A DNA stretch of 42,343 bases. Source: Octopus bimaculoides. Its lineage: Eukaryota. Shown in pieces: positions 34,763 through 42,343 of the stretch. Within the stretch, counting starts at the first letter, position 1; each line of letters begins with the position of its first letter. The stretch covers positions 94,138,283 through 94,180,625 of the forward strand of contig NC_068982.1 of NCBI RefSeq assembly GCF_001194135.2, written 5' to 3'. The translations under genes and the position numbers were made by a program. The notes under the pieces are model-generated. The model was not told where the DNA came from. It worked only from the letters and a program-made list of their open reading frames with translations, and searched no databases.

Positions 34763-37230
34763 GACCGTGAAGATTCTAAGGGATTCTGGTAAAAATGGTT
34801 GGCTTTACAGCACTTCTGTTGTTTTATTTCCACCATTTCTGACGAAGGTCGAGTCTTTAATGAAGCTCCTCCCATTTTGATGTGATGTCTAGCACTCGTG
34901 GGAAGGGAGGCTGTTAAAGACGAAGTTGATGCGAATTCAAACATTAATGTATCAGTACCATTCTCTTCCAGTGATCTTTCGATAACCTCTGTCTCTAAAT
35001 GTGTTTGTGCTGCAGCATCATGTTGTCTGCATTCAAGTATTTCTTTTCCACCCTGAAAATATTTGTTGTAATTTTCTTCATAAAGATCCAACTGTGATGT
35101 CTGAGCAGCAGCGTCTTGCTTAAATGACCTATGTTTTCCTCTGTCTTCTTCTATCGCCATGTAGAACCCAGTAGGTAATGTAGCGGTATCGTGATAATTC
35201 CTGTCAATAGTATTATAATTCTCTTGATGCATTGAAGTCTCTGTTATCGTCATTTTTGGTCTTGATTTCGTGTGTGATGTCTCCGTTGATGCCTCTATTG
35301 GTATTGCTACCGCAAAGTTAGTTGTTGGCGATGTCTTCGTAGGAGACCCGACTTGTACTTCACAGCTGGACGATCGTATGAAACTGTTATGGTTGCGAGA
35401 TTTGGGAATTTCTTCACGACTTGACACTTTTGAGGATTCAGTTTCATCTAAATTTGTTTGTTTCATACTGCAGCTACTGTATGTTTCCTCTTCATCCATG
35501 TATATCCTCCTATTCATCATCGTGCTTTCCCTTGCCGTCATTGCTGGGAATTGGTCACTGGCAGTTGATTCAAAGTATTCATTGCCGTTTTGTTGCTTTT
35601 TAAACATGATACTCTCCTTATGAGTAACTTCCGAAATCGGGGGCGATTGAAAAGGATGTTCAGTTACTAAACTTAAATTTTCTGGGTATAGTTGGTGCAT
35701 GTCATTCTCGATATTTGATGGTGGCAGATTCTTTCTAGGGGCTGAAGTGTTATCAGACGAAGGCCTAAGGCCACCATAGGGATTAGTTAATCTGTTCATA
35801 ACAAGCCGATTAGGTTTTGGTGGTGAAGCAACAGAGCGTGTTGACTTGCTGATAGGTATTCGGCTTCCCTTTGTGTTTATTACATGGCTTGTCTTACAAG
35901 GCACTTCTGGTTTATTTATTGGTGACTTATTTCCTTCTGATTGAAGTCCACTTGTTTGACTTACTCGTTTTGGTGTTTGAACAGGACTAATTGGTACACT
36001 TGTCGACATCCTAGTATTTTTAAGTGGAGCAGCTTCTGGATAAGGCAATTTTTTTAGTAGTTGTTTGTTACTTAATATTACTGGCTCTTGTATAGGTTTT
36101 GTTACAATTCCTCTAGATACTCTGGCGTCTGATATATTTCGGAATGGTATTGAACTAGGTGAATCAGAACTAAAATGCCTATTCGGGCTTACAGTTAAAT
36201 ATTGCTTATCATTGGGTGAATGATGAAATGATTTCGTTTTCGGAAAATCTTCAGAAACTAATTCCGGACTGTTTTCTAATTTACCTTTCAAAATTGTTTG
36301 TTTCAATGGAGTTGGCGGTGTAAAGCTCCCTGCTTTACTTGATATATCTGAAACAAGGCTGTTTTCAGAGTGTGTGCCAGGCCTTTTAATTTTTAGAGAG
36401 TTTTCGTTACTTTGAATAATTGCATTTTTTGCTAGCTTGTCAACGGAAGTTCTAGTTTGAGGTTTCGGTCTAACTTTTACCACTTGTTCTTTTTTCCTAA
36501 TATATGGAGAGTTGACTTGGTTTTGATTGCTATTTATATTAAATTTATTTTCCTCGATTGGAATTGTATCTGAACTGGAAAATTTATCATGCATGTTAGC
36601 CGAATAAAACTCTTCCTCTTCATACGTACATTGCTGAAGCGCTTTATTATTGCACTTTTCTTGTAACAAAGGACTATCGGTTGCTTTCAGCATTGATTTT
36701 GGTGAGTTTCTTGCATCTTGGTTTGATCTGCGATATAACGGGATTGGGTGAAATGGTTTTATGATGTTTTCATTGCTATTTGAAAGACTGGATGCAATCG
36801 ATGCTGCAGATATAGGATATTTCTCGTATGTATTCATATTTTCCTTATGTCCAATTGTGGGTTCTCCTTTTTCTTGGATTGTAGTATATCTTAATTTTCT
36901 TTCATTCCAACTGTTAGTATGAGGACTGCTATCACTTTGTTTTACATTGTCTGTTTTACTAACCTCTTCGACTTTATTCTTCTCTGGTGTATTACTTTTG
37001 ATTAATCTTTCTTGCTTTGTCATTTCAGATTTTTGGTTACTCAAATTCGGATCTCGTCGATCAGTTTCAAAGAATCTATTTTCCACTGTAACAGGACTTG
37101 TGCTAACACTAGCATCAGATGTCACACTGCTTGCAGTTGTTACACATATTTCTTGACTTGATGCCAAACTGGAGCTTTCTGGACTGTCATTCGAACTTGA
37201 TGAATTGCTGATTGTATTTACATTTGAACA
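34763..37230 (-). CDS. Large internal exon (2468 bp) of KIAA1614-like PDZ gene; Ser/Pro/Thr-rich, probably disordered
   Basis: Lies in the 837-aa ORF 34759..37272. Acceptor ttttcttttcttttgttcag|TGT (phase 0, AG at 37232-37231). Donor CGG TC|gtaagt (phase 2, GT at 34762-34761). 2468 = 822 codons + 2 nt, matching the phase of the next exon. Confidence 0.9.
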
Positions 37231-37441
37231 CTGAACAAAAGAAAAGAAAAATAGACCATAAATATTGTACATAGTATTATTGATCTAATATTTTTATTTA
37301 TATATAATTGCACATGACACACCTCTGTAACTTGCTCGTTATTATGGAAGTTTCATTTCAAATAAACTTGACACCTCTGAACCTTTATCTTAGCAGTGCT
37401 TTTATGTGGCGGCTTTGTTGCTGTCATTTAATATATCATCG

Positions 37442-37488
<47 letters not shown>

Positions 37489-38560
37489 GAAAGACTCTCG
37501 GATAGTTTTTAATTACTGATTGTTCTTTACTTAAAAGCAGGCAATAACAAATCACCAAAGGTTACAAGTAGTGCCTTCTCCTGTGACTCAAAGAGACAAT
37601 ACTCTCCTTAGAATGCGAGCTGTACCCAACAACGCTGTCTTCTGGATCACTTCAATCCTGACAGCAGCTCCAATATTCTTAGTATGTTTTACAAAGCTCT
37701 TGGAAACTGCTCTTAATGCTCCAATTACTACCGGTATCACCTATACTTTCCTCATAACCCATAACTTTCCTATCTCGCCCCGCAATGGCTGGTATTTCTC
37801 ACACATTTTTGTTTCCTTACATTTCACCCTCGAATCGCCTGGTATTGTAACATCTATTATCTTTGCTTCTTTTCCTCTTTATCACGATATCTGGCCGTCT
37901 GTATATTAAAATCCCAGAGTATTTTGTAATGTACGCTTTCCATTACTCCCTCTGGCTTGTGTTCATACTATTGTTCGGCTCTCTCTAGGTTTGCTTTACC
38001 GCACAACAGCCAGTGGACACATCTGGCCACATTGTCGTGTCGCCTTTTGTATTCGCGTTGTGGGAGCTAACGACACTCACTGACAATATGGCTTATACTT
38101 TCTCTCTTCTCAGAGCACATCCTACACTCTGGCGAGTCAGTGTTTTTACCAATGGGATATTTGGAATAGTTTGTTCTGAGAGCTTGAACTTGAGCGCTGC
38201 ACACTAATGCCTCAGTGCGCCCTTTTGAGCCTCCTTTCTTCAGCCATTGCCAGGCACTATTCCAATTAATCTCATCTTTATTCTTCAAGAACTGACTGCA
38301 TTTTCTTGTCCTGCCAAATTTTCTCCATCTGCTCTCTCTGGTCTTTCTTAAATCGTGTTGGATACAAGGCTTCGTTCACTTTTAGGTTCCCTGCATTTTC
38401 ACTACTTCAATAATTTCTTCTTTACTCCTCTTGACATACCAAGCCAGGCTATTCCCCTCTTCCCTTACACGACCTTCACAACACACCAATCCCCGACCTC
38501 CTTCTTCCCTCTTTACATACACTCTTAACACATCACTCTTGAGGAGTAGTTCCTTGCTCA
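37489..38560 (-). mobile_element. 5'-truncated R4/Dong-like element
   Basis: RVYVKREEGGRGLVCCE, TEALVCSAQVQALRTNY, CRMC...ESISHIVSEC (CCHC), RPDIV...IIDVTIPGD (PD-D RLE), KTALLGTARILRRVLSL*. Plus-strand (ATT)n at 37442-37488 and 38561-38625. Confidence 0.9.
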
Positions 38561-38625
<65 letters not shown>

Positions 38626-38626
38626 T

Positions 38627-41170
38627 GTTTGGAAAGAGAGGACTCTTGTTCGTGGTTTAAAATGTGTTGTATTAATGGCTTGACGGCAGATTCTCCTTTC
38701 AAGGGCGAATTTCGAGTTTCAAAATTTGAAATTTAATAGTTAAATACAAAGAATAACAATACAGCTTCCCAAATCGAGGCAACTGAAAGCTGTTGGAACA
38801 GCCAATATGACACTATTTTCCCACCACTAATTGCTATGGCCGAGAGACAAATCACAGATAACAACAACAGTAGCAAAAGTTGCAGCATGAGGGATGAGCA
38901 GAATAAAATTAGAAATCACATGAGCTCGACCGCTTCTACTGTCCCCACCAAAACAAACATTAATACAACGAAAACAGCGGTCATTCTTATTTCTAAACAA
39001 AAGGGAACGGCTTGCACAAGTGTGTCATACAATACAGACGTGTCAGAAAAAAACAAAACGTTCAGGAACGCCAATGTACACTTAAAAATATGACAGAATA
39101 ATATTTCTAAACACGCAAGAGGAAATACAGGAAGACACTAAAAGACTATTAAATACAAATGTATTTCAGCAAAAAACAGGAGACTGGAGTGAGCGACGCA
39201 GGCCCAAGTCGAAGAATGCCTAAGAGTACTCTGGTAGATGAAAACATGTCGCCAGTGGGTGATGCTTTGGTAGAGTTGAGGTGAAATTTCCAACTGAAGG
39301 AAAACCAAAGAAAGTGCAAGAAAACCCTTCAAAAGTGAGGAATTATTGCTAATTCCGACATACTTCGGTTGGAGGGTGTTTAAAATAAAAGTAGCTGAGG
39401 TACCATCCCAAGTGGACATCGCTTTGCTGGTGGTAACCGTATTGTACGGCATATGTAAAAAAAAAAAAACTACAATTCTTAAAGTGCGCAGAATGGGAAA
39501 GGAAATTTGATCTAGCACAGGAATAGAATTATGGAAACACGCCGATCCGGTCAGTAACGAAGACATACCTGATCTGATCGACCGCCATAATATTACACAG
39601 CTATTCGTACCAGTCGACGGCAGAAAGACGAGATGCCGTATGTTGGCGAGACAATTCACTTAACGGATTTCTCTCCCATGCATGGAAAATGGAAATCCCC
39701 GCTGCTATGGACATCTATAACACAACAACAGCACCAAAAGCAACAGTAGCATCACCACCATCACCACCAACTGTACCAACACCAACAACAACAGTGTCAA
39801 GAGCAGCAGCATCCAAAACAGGAACAGCATCAACAGAAGGGGAAGTAGGAGAGATTCATTCAACAGCATCAGCAACAAGCGCCGGTACCACACCGGAGGA
39901 AGACAATAACAACACCTGCACTTTCGTAACCGAAAGAAGCTTCTCCAATGTCAGTCAACCAAACCATCAGCTTAGAAATGTGCTTATATGCAGATATATT
40001 TCTCTCCATTGCCACTAATTTTTTCCGACTGTGAAAACTCGTCTAGAGAGGAAATCAGTTTGGGAAAACCACGAGAATGGATCCTAGTGAAAGTGTAAAG
40101 AAAAAAATTACGAAATGAAAAGCATCGTACAAGACTGAAAATGAAGTAGTTAGAGGAAACACAGAAAACAACAATCCATCACACACCTACATACACTACA
40201 CCAAAGCAATTACAAACATCTTCAACACTAGAAACACCACTAATATTACAAACACTTCAACAAACGAAAACACTTGGAATTGAAATCAATATGAACAGCA
40301 CTCCCAAGCGATCATCAATTACACGGCCATAGACACAAACAAGAATATAAGCATATTCAAAAATACACAAACATTACTCTAAATAAGCATATCTCACCCT
40401 CTCATAGCACCCCTATTCACATAAAAATTATAAAAGAAGCAACTTACAATAAGCTGAAAGCGAAGTATTCTAATGAAATGGGAGCTCTTCCTGAGAACAT
40501 AAACAGAAGACCACAAAAAATGTTTATCGATGCAAAAGGATAGCCAGAAGTCCAGCACATCTGTTTCTCCGCAGAAATAGGGTAAGCGATTCTCTTCAAT
40601 CACCTTCTCTCTCTCACAAACAAAGTCTTGCTCAGAGTACGTAGTGTAGATGCACGTGGACTGGAGTCACCTTGGACAGAAGGTCACATACGCAACGACC
40701 TCAGGTAACTAAGTATAGTTTTAGCTATCAGTGAGACCAGATTCTACAATCTACAAGCTTTCATGCCCATTTCGGTGGATATGAGATTTATTTATCTCCC
40801 TGTCAACCAGAAATGGGGTGGAACTGTGGTGTTGTTCCGGAAAGGTTCGGATCTCAAGTTAAGGTCTATCGTCGTGACCCAGAATGTAAGTTGGGGATCC
40901 TGGATGGGAACAGTAGCGACGGGGGTGCTTTCAGACAGGTGGCTGTTTATGCTCTAACAAGAGAAAACAGCTAGATTTCTTCAGACGCCTGGAGGTTATA
41001 CTGGGAAGGTTTCGACCATTAGTGCTAATAGGACTCACGTTTAAATTGTGTGGGACCAGTGTTAGAAGAGTGGGGTGAAAAAGTCTCGCATACCTGATCA
41101 GAAGTTTTTACCTGTCCGAGAGTTACCGACTGGATTTCTTGCATCTGCCAGTTTGGACATGGATAAACCG
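38627..41170 (+). mobile_element. Decayed L1/Tx1-type LINE 5' half: ORF1 with knuckle remnant and APE endonuclease
   Basis: ORF1-like LLIPTYFGWRVFKIKVAEVP and VDGRKTRC..(C)GE..HL...P (about 39613-39676). APE motifs at 40630-41040: VDARGL, AISETR, DPECKLGILD, FRQVAVYA, FFRRLEV...LVLIG. Many stops and frameshifts; boundaries approximate. Confidence 0.75.
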
Positions 41171-41171
41171 C

Positions 41172-41505
41172 ATCGACCCCGAAAGAATAAAAGGCAAAGA
41201 CGTCCTCAGCAGAATTTGACCGCAGAAGGTAAAGACGGAAGAAACGCCCATCCTGCTCAAAAAGTCCCTGAATAAGGCTTGTTTAAAGATGGTGAACGAA
41301 ACACTCATGTTTCTAGAGGTGAGTTATTCAAATACCAAATAAATCCTCTCAATGCATGGCCATGATGCTCCCCCACTACTCCTTCAAGCGATCAGAGATG
41401 CACATATCGTCAGTAACTAAGGGACACGTTCTACTGGTTATGGTCAAACAACTGACAAGCATATGTGTGGTGAGCAAAATATTTGCTGTAGCCCATCTTC
41501 TATTT
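41172..41505 (-). mobile_element. Family A SINE core fragment (41172-41245) fused to a partial family B copy (about 41245-41505)
   Basis: atcgaccccgaaagaataaaaggcaaag...gaatttgaccgcagaagg, then cgcccatcctgctcaaaaagtccctgaataagg, matching 10222-10475. Confidence 0.7.
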
Positions 41506-41526
41506 TATTATGATTATTACTATTAT

Positions 41527-41770
41527 TCAGTAGTCTTATTTCTATCACGTGATTTCACTGCACTACCGCGCGCAGCTCTGTGTGCTTTGGCTATGTACTG
41601 TGGTTTGTTTCTTCCGTTCAGCTCTGCATTGAGTATTGCCCTTACCTTGCGATAACTTTCTTTTCTGATCTTTTCTCTCATCATTGAATGTTTGATTCCA
41701 TCTGGCTCCTTGATAACATTCTGTTGGTTAAGATTAACGTTGGTTGTTTCTATAATTTTCCCTCTGTTAT
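41527..41770 (-). mobile_element. Internally deleted Dong-like copy (thumb region fused to 3' UTR)
   Basis: Minus strand KIRKESYRKVRAILNAELNGRNK joins directly to aaaccacagtacatagccaaagcacacagagctgcgc, the 3' UTR seen at 1-95 and 42049-42145. Confidence 0.7.
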
Positions 41771-42048
41771 TTTGCGCATTTATCTAGGCCTAATTCCATC
41801 CTGATGTCATCACTGAACCGTTTTACAATTTCTAGTAAGCCATGTAGTTGTGACCTTTTTGCAAAGAGCTTTAAATCATTTATGTAAAAGAGATGATTTA
41901 TATTTTTACAAAAATTTTATAACCATATTGTACATCATCGAGCAATTAGGAAGAGGTATTAAGATTACACAAATGAGGAATGGTGATAGTCACCTTGGAA
42001 AATGCCACATGAAATTCTCACATTATTATTATTATTATTATTATTATT

Positions 42049-42343
42049 CAGTAGTTTTATTTTTATAACGTGCTTTCACTTCACTACCGAGCGCAGCTCT
42101 GTGCGCCTTGGGTATGTGCTGTGGTTTGCTGTGGTGCTCTTATGTTTACTGTATTGAAAGTGTTTTGCGTAGGATGTGTGCAGTACCCAGTAGTGCAATT
42201 TTCTGTATGTTATATATATATGTAAGTCCTGCTATTTTTGTTATGTATTTGTCTGAATATTTTTTTATTATACCTAAGGCACCTACTATGATAGGAATTG
42301 TTTCTGTTTTTAGATTCCACATTCGAGTTATCTCTATTTCCAG
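42049..42343 (-). mobile_element. R4/Dong-like 3' end (continues off window)
   Basis: LEIEITRMWNLKTETIPIIVGALG...IQKIALLGTAHILRKTLSIQ*, then 3' UTR and (AAT)n tail (42022-42048). Confidence 0.9.

Noticed and set aside
35270-35623. Plus-strand ORFs at 35270, 35421 and 36947
   Set aside because: Antisense shadows of the large coding exon.
37231-37272. ATG at 37272 as the gene start
   Set aside because: MYNIYGLFFFSFVQ is the polypyrimidine tract and acceptor AG of the intron.
39138-39659. 173-aa minus ORF as an upstream exon of the PDZ gene
   Set aside because: It is the antisense of the LINE ORF1 remnant, with no convincing splice sites or homology.

Overview
AT-rich, repeat-dense eukaryotic DNA with six N gaps. 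The SINE, LINE and microsatellite families look like those of octopus genomes (inference). One protein-coding gene is supported, on the minus strand. Four exons (37230-34763, 23677-23252, 17819-17611, 15761-15562) join through GT-AG sites with matching phases (0/2/2/1) into 3303 nt, or 1100 aa plus stop. The 5' end was not found in the window. The product is a long Ser/Pro-rich disordered region ending in a Par-6-like semi-CRIB+PDZ module resembling KIAA1614. The rest is mobile DNA: about 14 fragments of R4/Dong-like non-LTR elements, almost all abutting (AAT)n on their own strand; a Penelope-like GIY-YIG fragment with hammerhead-like motifs; a decayed L1/Tx1-type 5' half; Tc1/mariner fragments and a mariner MITE; several SINE families; and many microsatellites. 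There are no rRNA, real tRNA or CRISPR features. I found no clearly new biological system. The best leads are the strand-polarised use of (AAT)n as a shared landing pad, a possible A-to-I recoding site at the PDZ splice junction, and SxIP and LC8-like motifs in the giant exon. All homology statements are from recalled motifs, not database searches.
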